Notes: a model not told the origin generated them from the letters alone. Counted from the stretch's first letter, positions 21,495-32,100 are shown. The stretch is 64,000 nt of DNA from Bacteroidaceae bacterium (GCA_017531985.1 JAFXJY010000013.1:7601-71600); one strand, 5' to 3'. Program-made: numbers and translations.

Positions 21495-21896
21495 CTATTT
21501 GGCTTCTAAGATAGGGAGATTTGCCTCTGTGGGTATGTATATAACCTTATCGGTAGCATTGTTCTGTTGACGCACCCACAGGTACTGTATGTAGGTGGGT
21601 GTAAGCGAGCCATTTTCTATTTTTATGGCTTCGGCAGCACCCTTGGCACGTTCCACCTCGGCTTGTGCATTGAGTTTTTCAGCTTCAAGATTGGCCTTAG
21701 CCTCCTCTATTTTAATGCGACGATTTTGTTCTGCTTTGGCAAACTCAGCACGACCGCTCATCTCCTGACTCCACACCGTATAGGTGGGTATCGCAAACAT
21801 AAAAAATGCTACGATGAGAGCCAATGTCAACACTATTGACCAATAAAACGATGCATGATAAGTTGTAGAGCCTTGTGAATGTGTGATGAATTTCAT
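21495..21896 (-). CDS. Small single-pass membrane protein with a coiled coil resembling an SPFH/prohibitin C-terminal tail
   Basis: 133 aa with one TM helix (FYWSIVLTLALIVAFFMFAI), then EFAKAEQNRRIKIEEAKANLEAEKLNAQAEVERAKGAAEAI and a tail ...VIYIPTEANLPILEA. Its stop is 7 nt before the Macro-TIR ATG. Confidence 0.5.
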   Translation of the reverse strand: MKFITHSQGSTTYHASFYWSIVLTLALIVAFFMFAIPTYTVWSQEMSGRAEFAKAEQNRRIKIEEAKANLEAEKLNAQAEVERAKGAAEAIKIENGSLTPTYIQYLWVRQQNNATDKVIYIPTEANLPILEAK

Positions 21897-21931
21897 AATT
21901 ATAAGATTAAAAGGTGAATATTTATAACCAT

Positions 21932-23149
21932 TTATCGCAACATATTGCTTACTCGCTTAACTGCTGCAATAAATGCATCAATTTCTTCAAATGTATTATA
22001 CACCGCAAAAGAAGCTCGCACCGTACCTTCTATTCCAAGTGCATGCATCAGCGGCTGGGCACAGTGATGACCGGTGCGTACGGCAATTCCCAACTTGTCG
22101 AGCAACATACCCATGTCATAATGGTGAATGTTGTCTACAAGAAATGATATAACGGGGGTTTTACGTTGAGCTGTACCATATATTTTGATACCATCAATGG
22201 TCATAAGCTGTGTTGTGGCATAATGTAACAACGCCTCTTCGTGCAATTGCATGGCTTCAAGTCCTACACTCTCCACCCAATCAAGAGCTGTCGCAAAGGC
22301 TGCACTTCCCACATAATCGGGAGTACCGGCCTCAAACTTATAGGGCAACTCGTTGAATGTGGTACGCTCAAACGATACTTGTGCAATCATCTCACCTCCT
22401 CCTTGATAAGGGGGCATGGAATCGAGCCACTTCTCTTTTCCGTATAATACTCCTATTCCGGTGGGGCCATACACCTTATGTGCCGAAAAGACATAGAAAT
22501 CGGCATCTAAGGCTTGTACATCGACCGATAGGTGCGGTATACCCTGAGCACCATCGACCAACACCGGCACATTGTGAGTGTGTGCATATGCGATTATTTC
22601 ATCTATGGGGTTGATAGTACCCAATACATTAGATGCTTGCATGACACATACCAGACGGGTCTTTTCATTGAACAGCGAACGGAATATCTCCATATTGAGT
22701 TCTCCTCGCTCGTCAATAGGCACCACTCGCAACTTTATATCTTTACGTTGTTGCAGTAACTGCCAAGGAACGATGTCGGAATGATGCTCCATCACTGTAA
22801 GTATCACTTCATCACCGTCGTTAAGATGTGCCTGGCCAAAGGAGTGAGCCACTAAGTTAATAGCCTCGGTCGTTCCGCGAGTGAATATTATTTCGTGACT
22901 GTACCGGGCATTGATATAACGCTGCACCTTTTTACGGGTATTTTCATGTGCCTCGGTCGCCTCCTGACTGAGGGTGTGTACTCCACGATGCACATTGGCA
23001 TTGACCCTACAATAGCTGTGGGCTATGCGGTCAATTACGCATTGCGGATGTTGCGATGTGGCTGCGTTATCGAGGTATATGAGCGGTTTACCATATATCT
23101 CGCGTTGCAAGATAGGGAATTGTGAACGTATGGCTGCAACATCAATCAT
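21932..23149 (-). CDS. sufS: Cysteine desulfurase SufS
   Basis: 405-aa class V aminotransferase with the PLP-Lys motif SAHKVYGPTGIGVLYG and a C-terminal RTGHHCAQP catalytic Cys loop. Confidence 0.9.
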   Translation of the reverse strand: MIDVAAIRSQFPILQREIYGKPLIYLDNAATSQHPQCVIDRIAHSYCRVNANVHRGVHTLSQEATEAHENTRKKVQRYINARYSHEIIFTRGTTEAINLVAHSFGQAHLNDGDEVILTVMEHHSDIVPWQLLQQRKDIKLRVVPIDERGELNMEIFRSLFNEKTRLVCVMQASNVLGTINPIDEIIAYAHTHNVPVLVDGAQGIPHLSVDVQALDADFYVFSAHKVYGPTGIGVLYGKEKWLDSMPPYQGGGEMIAQVSFERTTFNELPYKFEAGTPDYVGSAAFATALDWVESVGLEAMQLHEEALLHYATTQLMTIDGIKIYGTAQRKTPVISFLVDNIHHYDMGMLLDKLGIAVRTGHHCAQPLMHALGIEGTVRASFAVYNTFEEIDAFIAAVKRVSNMLR

Positions 23150-23157
23150 AACTCATA

Positions 23158-24507
23158 TTATTTGTGTGTGCGTATGGTACAGTGCTGACACTGCGATAAC
23201 TCACCTCTGAATCGTTTTTCAACCAACTGACGCAAACGGTCTTTGAGTGCATCAAGTCGTACATTTTCTATCACATCACTCATGAATGCAAATTGCAAAA
23301 GCAAGCGAGCTTCACTCTCCGCGATACCGCGTGTACGCATATAGAACAATGCTTGCTGATCGAGTTGTCCAACCGTTGCTCCATGACTGCATTTTACATC
23401 GTCGGCATAAATTTCGAGTTGAGGCTTGGTATACATATGTGCCGTAGGTGATGCACACAAGTTTTTATTGCTCTGATATGCCTCAGTCTTCTGCGAACCT
23501 TCTCGCACCAATATACGCCCGGCAAACGACCCTACTGCATTCTCGTCAAGGACAAACTTAAACAATTCATTACTGTTGCAATGAGCCTTGCGGTGATCGA
23601 TATGAGAATATACATCGACACTCTTCTCTCCATCTGCAATAGCCATTCCGCACAGTTGTGTTTCGCAACCCTCTCCGTCAAGTGCAATATAATAGTTATC
23701 GCGAGTTACTCCGTTGCGTAAGGTAATACCGTTGACAAGAACATTGGATGCAGCCTCTTGATGTACAAAGGTCGATGTCACACGCTTGACGCTCGTTGCA
23801 TTCTCTTCGAGGTTATAATAATCTACCACAGCTCCTTCTCCTGCCCATATTTCGGTTACTTGCGTTACAAGTTGGTCTATCCCATTCTCCTCGCTATGGT
23901 CACACACCAAGAGTTTGACATTAGCACCCTCTTCGGCCACAACAAGGATGCGACGATTGTGCATCATAGGCACATTGCCTCCTATAATATTGACCAACTG
24001 TATGGGGCGATCGAGTACTACATGACGGGGTACATAAAGAAAAAATCCATCTTGTGTCATCAGCGTATTGAGTGCCACCGTACCATCTTTCGACATGTCG
24101 GCTATCTTTCCATAATATCGTGACACAAGTTCAGGATAATCGATTGCCATATCACGAAGTGACCCTATCAACACCCCCTCGGGCAACTCTCTATTGCGTT
24201 CGTTGCGATAGAAATTATCGCCCACAAGAAAATAGAGTTGTGTCGACAAGTTGGGGACATCACAACGGAATGCTTCATGCGGTTGTGAGGGAAGTTCTAT
24301 GCGTGTAATGTTCAAACCATAGTCGGGGGCATACAGAGCCTCGATGTCGGTATGATGAAAATCCTCATGACGAGTGGTGGGCAATCCACATGTTTCCACC
24401 CATCGCAAGGCTTCGGAACGTAAAACATTCAACACCTCGGCCGAGTGGTGGTCTATCACTTCGCGTTGGGCTCGATAGAGGTCTATATATTGTTGTAGTG
24501 CTTGCAT
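23158..24507 (-). CDS. sufD: Fe-S cluster assembly protein SufD
   Basis: 449 aa. It sits between sufC and sufS and has the conserved C-terminal SHGATVGQLD...LFYMRTRGI. Confidence 0.85.
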   Translation of the reverse strand: MQALQQYIDLYRAQREVIDHHSAEVLNVLRSEALRWVETCGLPTTRHEDFHHTDIEALYAPDYGLNITRIELPSQPHEAFRCDVPNLSTQLYFLVGDNFYRNERNRELPEGVLIGSLRDMAIDYPELVSRYYGKIADMSKDGTVALNTLMTQDGFFLYVPRHVVLDRPIQLVNIIGGNVPMMHNRRILVVAEEGANVKLLVCDHSEENGIDQLVTQVTEIWAGEGAVVDYYNLEENATSVKRVTSTFVHQEAASNVLVNGITLRNGVTRDNYYIALDGEGCETQLCGMAIADGEKSVDVYSHIDHRKAHCNSNELFKFVLDENAVGSFAGRILVREGSQKTEAYQSNKNLCASPTAHMYTKPQLEIYADDVKCSHGATVGQLDQQALFYMRTRGIAESEARLLLQFAFMSDVIENVRLDALKDRLRQLVEKRFRGELSQCQHCTIRTHK

Positions 24508-24515
24508 ATCTTATA

Positions 24516-25271
24516 TTATATTTCGCCCAACTCTTTTTTTATCCAATCATAACCCTTCTCTTCAAGTTCGAGAGCCAACTCCGGTCCGCCCGACTTAACA
24601 ATGCGACCTTTATACAACACATGAACATAATCAGGTGCTATATAGTCAAGCAGACGTTGATAGTGCGTAATGACAATAGTTGCATTATTATCACTCTTCA
24701 ACTTATTAACACCTTCGGCAACTATACGAAGAGCATCTATATCAAGACCGCTGTCGGTCTCGTCAAGTATAGACAAACGAGGCTCGAGCATAGCCATTTG
24801 GAAGATTTCGTTACGTTTCTTCTCACCTCCCGAGAATCCTTCATTGACCGAACGGCTTGCCAACTTATTATCGAGCTCGACAATGGCACGTTTCTCACGC
24901 ATCAATTTCAAGAAGTCGGTTGCCGACATGGGTTCTTCGCCACGATACTTACGCAACTCGTTGATGGCAGCACGCATAAAGTTGACCATGCTGACGCCGG
25001 GAATTTCCACCGGATACTGAAAGCTAAGGAAAAGCCCCTCGTGCGAACGATCCTCGGGTGATAAAGACAATAAGTCTTTGCCATAAAATTCCACCTCGCC
25101 TTTGGTTACTTCATAAGCCGGATTTCCTGTAAGCACTGCCGAGAGTGTACTCTTACCCGAGCCATTAGGTCCCATGATAGCATGCACTTCTCCGGGACGG
25201 ACAGTTAGATTTATACCTTTCAATATCTCTTTGCCATTAATATTGGCATGGAGGTCTTCTATTCTTAACAT
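24516..25271 (-). CDS. sufC: Fe-S cluster assembly ATPase SufC
   Basis: Walker A is GPNGSGKST, the ABC signature is FSGGEKKR and Walker B is LSILDETDSGLD. Confidence 0.92.
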   Translation of the reverse strand: MLRIEDLHANINGKEILKGINLTVRPGEVHAIMGPNGSGKSTLSAVLTGNPAYEVTKGEVEFYGKDLLSLSPEDRSHEGLFLSFQYPVEIPGVSMVNFMRAAINELRKYRGEEPMSATDFLKLMREKRAIVELDNKLASRSVNEGFSGGEKKRNEIFQMAMLEPRLSILDETDSGLDIDALRIVAEGVNKLKSDNNATIVITHYQRLLDYIAPDYVHVLYKGRIVKSGGPELALELEEKGYDWIKKELGEI

Positions 25272-25375
25272 ATTGTTATCGCATTTATGTTTTTACTATA
25301 CAATAAATCCATTATCACAACCCATGATTCACTCGCAATGTTCGCAGATGGTGCATGGTAAAATGATAAATCGTA

Positions 25376-25383
25376 CAAAGATA
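25376..25383 (-). promoter_or_regulatory. -7 promoter box (TATCTTTG on the minus strand) upstream of sufC
   Basis: The plus strand reads CAAAGATA, about 105 nt upstream of the sufC ATG. Confidence 0.45.
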
Positions 25384-25463
25384 CACTTTTTCCTTAGTAT
25401 TATACATGCCCGATGTAAAAATTACAGCAAAGGATATTATCGGAGCATAATATTTTTATGCTG

Positions 25464-25973
25464 CTACGGTCGATAGCCCCCTTCCGAACTGATAGTTACA
25501 GCATCGGGATGCAGATGCAATATGCGTTGATTGCTACTCCCTCTAAATGGTAATGACGGGTCATACAAGCGTTGCACAAATGGTCCATCGACCAACGTAT
25601 CGATATATCGTAGGCAGTCGCGTGTAGTAGGATGAGCGAGCAGAGCCTCATAAGTAAATCCGGTGTAACACCATATATTCTGTTGTGTTCCACGCTTTAA
25701 CATTACCAACAATTCAAGCAATGCATCGGGATTATAGAAAGGATCACCACCCGACAGCGTAATGCCGTCGAGCAGTGTATCTTGATTTATCTCATCTATG
25801 ATGCGAGACAATATATCCTGTGTAAAAGGCTCACCGGCTTGCGGCGACCAACTTTCGGGATTATGGCACCCGGGACAGGCATGCCTGCACCCTGCCAAAT
25901 ATATGGCATACCGCAAGCCATAGCCATCGGCAATAGTCTCGGGAAAAACATTTATAATATTGAGTCCTTGCAT
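25464..25973 (-). CDS. nrdG: Anaerobic ribonucleoside-triphosphate reductase activating protein
   Basis: Radical-SAM cluster region GCRHACPGCHNPESW. It overlaps the nrdD stop by 22 nt. Confidence 0.88.
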   Translation of the reverse strand: MQGLNIINVFPETIADGYGLRYAIYLAGCRHACPGCHNPESWSPQAGEPFTQDILSRIIDEINQDTLLDGITLSGGDPFYNPDALLELLVMLKRGTQQNIWCYTGFTYEALLAHPTTRDCLRYIDTLVDGPFVQRLYDPSLPFRGSSNQRILHLHPDAVTISSEGGYRP

Positions 25974-28351
25974 TGGCTGTGTTTTACCCGGTCACGCTCT
26001 TCGGCTTGCTTGGCCGAATTCCATGTTTCGAGGCTACCGGTCAGATAACCGGTAATACGACGCATACGCAGGATGTCTTCTCCTTGACACACAGGACACT
26101 TACTATATATCACGCCTTTGTATCCACAGTGTCGGCATGTATCGATGGGATGATTGATAGAGCCATATCCCACGCCTTCATCCTGCATAACTTTGACAAT
26201 TTTGAGTATAACCACCACATTTTTCTTGGCCTCACCATCCAACTCGACGTAAGTAATATGCCCACCTCGGGTAATGGCATGGAAAGGTGCTTCTTTCTTG
26301 ATTTTTTCGACAATACCGATAGGCTCTTTGACATCGATATGGAACGAATTGACATAATAATCGCGGTCAGTCACTCCGGGAATTTCTCCGTAACGTTGAC
26401 GATCCATCTTGGTAAAGCGTCCCGACAAGCCTTCTGCCGGAGTTGCCAGCACCGAATAATTAAGTCCATAACGCAACTTATACTCTTCAACTACTGTATT
26501 CATCACCTGTATGGCATCGTAGAGTGTATTCCATGCCTCCTGACTGTGGGCATGACCCTCATCATAGATAGCTACCATAGCGTTGTGTCCGCCAATGAAA
26601 CCTATACCGAGAGTTCCCGACAAAAGAACATCTCCCACCTCATCATTTGGCGACAATTTCATACCCCCTTTCCACACATCGTTACCCATCATAAAGGGGA
26701 ATTGTCGGGCAAGAGCTGTCCGCTGATACTGATAACGCTCATATAGCTGTTCGGCTATCATGGCTGCCATTACACGCACTTTTTCGAGGAAGATAATACG
26801 AGCCTCCTTTCGAACGATATGCTTATCATCGTATGGATGTAACTCCTCGGCTTCACGACGAGCTTCTATGGCCAGTCGTGGCATATTCATCGAAGTAAAC
26901 GAAAGATTTCCTCGACCCCACGAACTCTTTATACCGTTGAGGTTCTCAAAAACACGAGTACGACAACCCATGGTAGCCACCTCGTAGCGGAAGCGGTCGG
27001 GGTCATCGGCTCGCCAATCTTCATGACGATTATAGTCTGTATCAAGAAAAAGGAAATTGGGGAACAAAGAGGTGGACGTCGTACGACATGCTTGCAGCAA
27101 GAGGTCGAAGTTGGGTGCTTCAAATTCCATCTTGCCAGCCAAGGCATCTTCAATATTTGCCAAGGCTCGTTGATAGTCACTCTCCGAGTATGATATACCC
27201 TCTTTAACCTTAAATATCTGAATAGGGAAAACCGGAACTTCACCTGTTCCGAGACCTTTTACTGTCGAAGCCAACAATTCACGAACTACCATACGACCTT
27301 CGGGTGAAGTGTCCGTTCCATAATTGATAGAACTAAAAACCACCTGATTACCACCTCGCGAGTGCATAGTATTAAGATTGTGTATAAGCCCCTCCATAGC
27401 TTGATGTGTATCCTTGCGAGTAGCCTCATAACTATGTTCCCACAATTTATGCAATTCTTCCTCCGAGAGATCTGGCAGATACTCTTTTACAATACCCATG
27501 ACCGCTTGCGTCTGTTCTTCATTCTCGGCAATGGTCGAAATGGCTCGAGCAAAAGGCTCTTTCAAAGCAAAATTTCCATCACTTCCCTTCAACTCGGCCA
27601 AGAATGTAACATTGTCGATAAGATGCTTTCGAAAACTCTTCAATACGCCGGGTGCCATGAAGTGATCAAATGCCGGAATGGATTGTCCGCCATGCTGTTC
27701 ATTCTGGTTGGTCTGGAAAATTATGGTCGCCAGAGTAGCATAACTCAATATCGATTGTGGTGGTCGTACAGTTCCATTCTTGGTGTGAAAACCTCGCGAA
27801 AAAATATCATCTAAATCGTACTGCGTACAAGTAGTCGTTTTAGTGGGATAATAATCAAGGTCATGTATGTGAATATCACCATTGCGGTGAGCCCTTGCAT
27901 ATCGAACTCCCACAAGATACTTATAGGCATAATCTTTGGTAACCTCCGAAGCAAAAGTCATCATCTGCCCGGCAGGCGTATGCGACGACATATTGGCATT
28001 GCTAAGGTTAATATCATTTTTTTCTACCGACACAATGCCATCCATCACCGCCTTCATCGATGTACGTTTATCACGTTCCTTCGTACGCCATTCACGATAT
28101 ATGATGTATCGCTTGGCAATATCGGGGTTTACACGCATCAGCTCACGCTCCACGAGATCTTGTATTTCCTCGACGGTAACTCGGTCGGTACTGATATTCT
28201 GCATCACACGCTCGGCCACTTGATTAATCGCTGCTTCATCATATGTATTACCGGCATGATACGCCTTCTCGATGGCTCGTTTTATTTTATCCAAAGAAAA
28301 GGGCTGAGTTGCTCCATCGCGTTTGATAATGGTAATGGGCTTCGTTTCCAT
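25952..28351 (-). CDS. nrdD: Anaerobic ribonucleoside-triphosphate reductase
   Basis: 799 aa with an N-terminal ATP-cone, a C-terminal Zn site CRHCGY...CPVCQG and the glycyl-radical tail RRITGYL. Confidence 0.92.
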   Translation of the reverse strand: METKPITIIKRDGATQPFSLDKIKRAIEKAYHAGNTYDEAAINQVAERVMQNISTDRVTVEEIQDLVERELMRVNPDIAKRYIIYREWRTKERDKRTSMKAVMDGIVSVEKNDINLSNANMSSHTPAGQMMTFASEVTKDYAYKYLVGVRYARAHRNGDIHIHDLDYYPTKTTTCTQYDLDDIFSRGFHTKNGTVRPPQSILSYATLATIIFQTNQNEQHGGQSIPAFDHFMAPGVLKSFRKHLIDNVTFLAELKGSDGNFALKEPFARAISTIAENEEQTQAVMGIVKEYLPDLSEEELHKLWEHSYEATRKDTHQAMEGLIHNLNTMHSRGGNQVVFSSINYGTDTSPEGRMVVRELLASTVKGLGTGEVPVFPIQIFKVKEGISYSESDYQRALANIEDALAGKMEFEAPNFDLLLQACRTTSTSLFPNFLFLDTDYNRHEDWRADDPDRFRYEVATMGCRTRVFENLNGIKSSWGRGNLSFTSMNMPRLAIEARREAEELHPYDDKHIVRKEARIIFLEKVRVMAAMIAEQLYERYQYQRTALARQFPFMMGNDVWKGGMKLSPNDEVGDVLLSGTLGIGFIGGHNAMVAIYDEGHAHSQEAWNTLYDAIQVMNTVVEEYKLRYGLNYSVLATPAEGLSGRFTKMDRQRYGEIPGVTDRDYYVNSFHIDVKEPIGIVEKIKKEAPFHAITRGGHITYVELDGEAKKNVVVILKIVKVMQDEGVGYGSINHPIDTCRHCGYKGVIYSKCPVCQGEDILRMRRITGYLTGSLETWNSAKQAEERDRVKHSQCKDSIL

Positions 28352-28475
28352 TGGTTATATCTTTATTAGTTTCTATCTATCGGCTACAAAAGAGACCCGA
28401 ACAGGACTCAAAATCGAGCGTAAAGGTATATCTTTTCTGCCAAATAACAGACATAAAAAAGTAGATATTTTTTCA

Positions 28476-28483
28476 CAAAAATA
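28476..28483 (-). promoter_or_regulatory. -7 promoter box (TATTTTTG on the minus strand) upstream of nrdD
   Basis: The plus strand reads CAAAAATA, about 125 nt upstream of the nrdD ATG. Confidence 0.45.
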
Positions 28484-28516
28484 GATTTCAACAATTGCTA
28501 AAATAAACTTTTTTGA

Positions 28517-28524
28517 TAACTTTG
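28517..28524 (+). promoter_or_regulatory. -7 promoter box (TAACTTTG) upstream of folK
   Basis: Matches TAnnTTTG and lies inside the TTG-started track ORF, which argues for the ATG at 28567. Confidence 0.55.
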
Positions 28525-28566
28525 CATCTAAAAATAAGCCCCACAAAGCATTTAAAAGACGATTTT

Positions 28567-29040
28567 ATGAAACTTTTTTACATCGGATTAGGTTCAAATA
28601 TAGGCGAACGAGAAGAATACATACAGCAAGCCATAGAATTGATAGGTCAACGTATAGGCACAATTGCCGCCCGTTCCACACTGCTTGAAACCATCGCCGA
28701 CGGATATACATCCGACCACCGTTTCCTCAACGCCGTAGTAGCCACAACCAGCAAGCTGACGCCTCACGAAGTACTCCATACACTGCAACAAATAGAGAGA
28801 GACATGGGATGCTTCACTCATCGCAATAGCGACGGCAGTTATTGCGACCGCACCATCGACTTAGACATTGTGGCATGCGGCAACCTGATATGCAACGACG
28901 AAGAACTAATACTCCCACACCCTCGCATGCATCAACGACCATTCGTCCTCATTCCCCTTTGCGAAATAGCCCCCGACTGGGAGCATCCCATCCTCCACCG
29001 CACAGCCTCTCAGCTATTACAGGAGACAACCATTGTTTGA
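28567..29040 (+). CDS. folK: 2-amino-4-hydroxy-6-hydroxymethyldihydropteridine diphosphokinase
   Basis: MKLFYIGLGSNIGE..., RTIDLDIV and LILPHPRMHQRPFVL are classic HPPK motifs. Confidence 0.88.
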   Translation: MKLFYIGLGSNIGEREEYIQQAIELIGQRIGTIAARSTLLETIADGYTSDHRFLNAVVATTSKLTPHEVLHTLQQIERDMGCFTHRNSDGSYCDRTIDLDIVACGNLICNDEELILPHPRMHQRPFVLIPLCEIAPDWEHPILHRTASQLLQETTIV

Positions 29041-29109
29041 AAAAAGAGTAATTTTCAGAACAATATTTTAAAAACTGTATAAAATTTTCTTATTGCCGAC
29101 AACTTATAC

Positions 29110-29117
29110 TATCTTTG
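29110..29117 (+). promoter_or_regulatory. -7 promoter box (TATCTTTG)
   Basis: Matches TAnnTTTG, about 50 nt upstream of the ATG at 29168. Confidence 0.55.
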
Positions 29118-29167
29118 CATTTTGGAACAATATTTTCAATCAGATAGTTTAAACCAATAGTCACAAT

Positions 29168-32100
29168 ATGAAACAGTACAATCTACTGAATACGTTGATG
29201 GGTTGGGTAGTCTTTGCCATTGCGGCCATCACCTACATCCTCACATTGGAACCGACAGCCAGTTTCTGGGACTGCGGAGAGTTTATTGCATCGGCCTACA
29301 AACTGGAAGTTGGACACCCACCGGGCAACCCCATATTTATGCTCACCGGTCGATTCTTTGCCAATTTTGCCTCCGACCCTTCACAAGTGGCATACATGCT
29401 CAATCTTATGTCGGCATTGCTTAGTGCCGGAACAATATTATTCCTCTTTTGGACAATTACCCACTTGGCCAAGAAACTGATAGTCCCCGACGAAAAGACA
29501 ATGACCTCGGCACGCATGATAACCATTCTGGCATGTGGCGTTGTAGGTGCATTGGCCTACACATGGAGCGACACATTCTGGTACTCGGCTGTCGAAGGAG
29601 AAGTTTATGCCTACTCCTCATTTTGCACAGCAGTTGTATTCTGGCTTATTCTCAAATGGGAAAGCGTAGCCGACGAGCCTCATTCCGAGAGGTATCTGAT
29701 ACTTATCGCCTACATCATGGGAGTCTCTATCGCCGTCCATTTGCTCAATTTGCTATGTATCCCTGCCATCGTATTGGTATATTATTATCGCAAATTTTCC
29801 AATATCAGTGCCAAAGGCTCATTGGTAGCATTATTAGTTTCATTCGGCATCATTGCCCTGCTTCTTTTCGGTATAGTACCGGGATTTGTCAAGGTAGCCG
29901 GATGGTTCGAGTTATTATGCGTTAACGTATTACATATGCCCTACAACACCGGTGTTGTAATATATTTCCTACTGACCATGAGCATCATAGGATGGACTAT
30001 TTTCGAGACATTCCGTCGCAACAATCAACTACGCACTCGCATACTTTTCCTATGCAGTGTAGCCCTGTCGGGAATGCCATTCCTGACCGACAATATATGG
30101 GTTGGTATCTTCTTGTGCATCGTCTTGGCAGGAGTTATCTATTATACAAGGGTATCATACAAGTTGATAAATACCGTAATGGCCGCCTTGTTGGTTATCC
30201 TCATCGGTTACTCATCTTACGCACTGATTCTTATCCGCTCCACTGCCAACACTCCTATGGACCAAAACTCTCCTGAGGACATTTTCACCCTTGCCAGCTA
30301 TCTCAACCGCGAGCAATACGGTGAAACTCCTTTATTTTACGGAAAGACCTATGTATCGAAAGTGAAGCGTATAAACGGTGAGGCTCAGACAAAGACCGGA
30401 AAGGCAATATATCAAAAGGCTATCAAAAGCAATCCCGAAGAACCTGATAGATATGTTGTAACCGGCAACAAAGAGAGTTACATCTATGATGATGCATCAC
30501 AAATGCTCTTCCCTCGCATGCACAGCGACAAACCCAACCACATAGCCGCTTACCGCGAATGGACAGGTGCATCGGCTGCCCAAAAGCCCACCTTCGCTCA
30601 GAACATACAATTCTTCCTCGATTACCAACTCAACCACATGTATTGGCGTTATTTCTTGTGGAACTTTGCAGGACGACAGAACGATATACAAGGACATGGT
30701 GAGGTCGACAAAGGCAACTGGATAACCGGCATCAATGCCATCGACAAATATCGCGTAGGAGATGCCTCTAATCTGCCCACCGAGATGGCCGAAAATCCCG
30801 GTCGCAACGTTTTCTATATGTTACCCCTTATATTAGGTATCATCGGATTGCTGTACCAAGCCTTCGCCGGAAAGCGTGGCATCGAGCAGTTCTGGGTAAC
30901 ATTCTTCCTCTTCTTCATGACGGGTATAGCCATTGTAATATACCTCAATCAAACACCTTACCAACCTCGTGAACGCGACTATGCTTATGCCGGCTCGTTC
31001 TACGCTTGGACAATATGGATAGGACTGGGAGTGGCTGCCATCATGCACGGATTGACTCTTCTATTCAAGAAGGCAAACATCAAGAACGAGCTAATCCCCG
31101 CCACATTGGCCTCACTTATATGCCTATGCGTCCCCTTGCAGATGGTGAGTCAAACATGGGATGACCATGACCGCTCGGGCAGATACATCGCACGAGACTT
31201 CGGCATGAATTACTTGTCGAGTGTCGAACCCAACGCTATCATTTTCACCAATGGCGACAACGACACATTCCCCTTATGGTATGCTCAGGAAGTAGAAGGC
31301 TATCGTACCGACGTGCGTGTATGTAATCTCTCATACTTCCAGACCGATTGGTACGCCGACCAGATGAAACGTCCGGCTTATGAATCGGAGTCTCTACCCA
31401 TCTCGGCATCACGAGATATTTATGCCCACGACAAGATGGCATACGCCTATATATTACCGATAAATGATAAATTGGAACTTTCGGCCGGTGATGCCTTGCA
31501 ATTCTTATACAGCAAGGACCCCCGCACCAAGAATACTCAATACGGTGAGATCAATCACATTCCTTCCAACAAGATCTTTATTCCGGTCGACTCGGCATCA
31601 GCTGTTGCCAACGCCGGTGTTCCCGCCGGATACGAAAGCGAGATAGTAAGCCGCATAGAACCCAACTTGCATGGCAAGAATGGTCTATACTTCTACGAAA
31701 TAGCTTCGCTCGACATGATAAACAGCAATATCGTAAATGGATGGAAACGCCCCATATACTATGCTGTAACAGTATCTAATGACCTTTATCTTGGCTTGCA
31801 AGACTACTTCGTACTTACCGGATTGGCTCAACGCATCGTTCCCTTGAAATCAAACGTTTGCGGTGGTGTCGACACCGAACGAATGTACGATAACATGATG
31901 AACAAGTTCCGATGGGGTGGCCTCGACACTGCGACTCCCGAAAATCCTATCTATCTTGATGAAAACATTCGTCGCATGTGTCAAACTACTCGTGTAATGT
32001 TCTCTCAACTGATTGGTCAACTGATTGTCGAAGGCAAGACCGATAAAGCACTTGCCGCCCTCAACATGGCTAATGAGAAGATACCTGCTTGGCTTGTACC

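Noticed and set aside
24390-25061. 223-aa plus-strand ORF overlapping sufD and sufC. Similar antisense ORFs occur at 25973-26746 (in nrdD), 58493-59077 (in pyrH), 17950-18426 (in the S24 repressor gene) and 10660-11226 (in the thioesterase gene).
   Set aside because: Each lies antisense to a gene with unmistakable family motifs, and none of the translations has a recognisable motif.
25272-25463. Possible sufB pseudogene remnant between nrdG and sufC.
   Set aside because: The gap is only 192 bp, AT-rich, and holds a promoter box and a small hairpin. I see no SufB-like reading frame.
28352-28512. Possible NrdR boxes or a riboswitch in the nrdD leader (repeats ATCTATTTTT and ATCTACTTTTTT).
   Set aside because: I could not match the NrdR palindrome consensus or any riboswitch core by eye. 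The words are too short and AT-rich to call.
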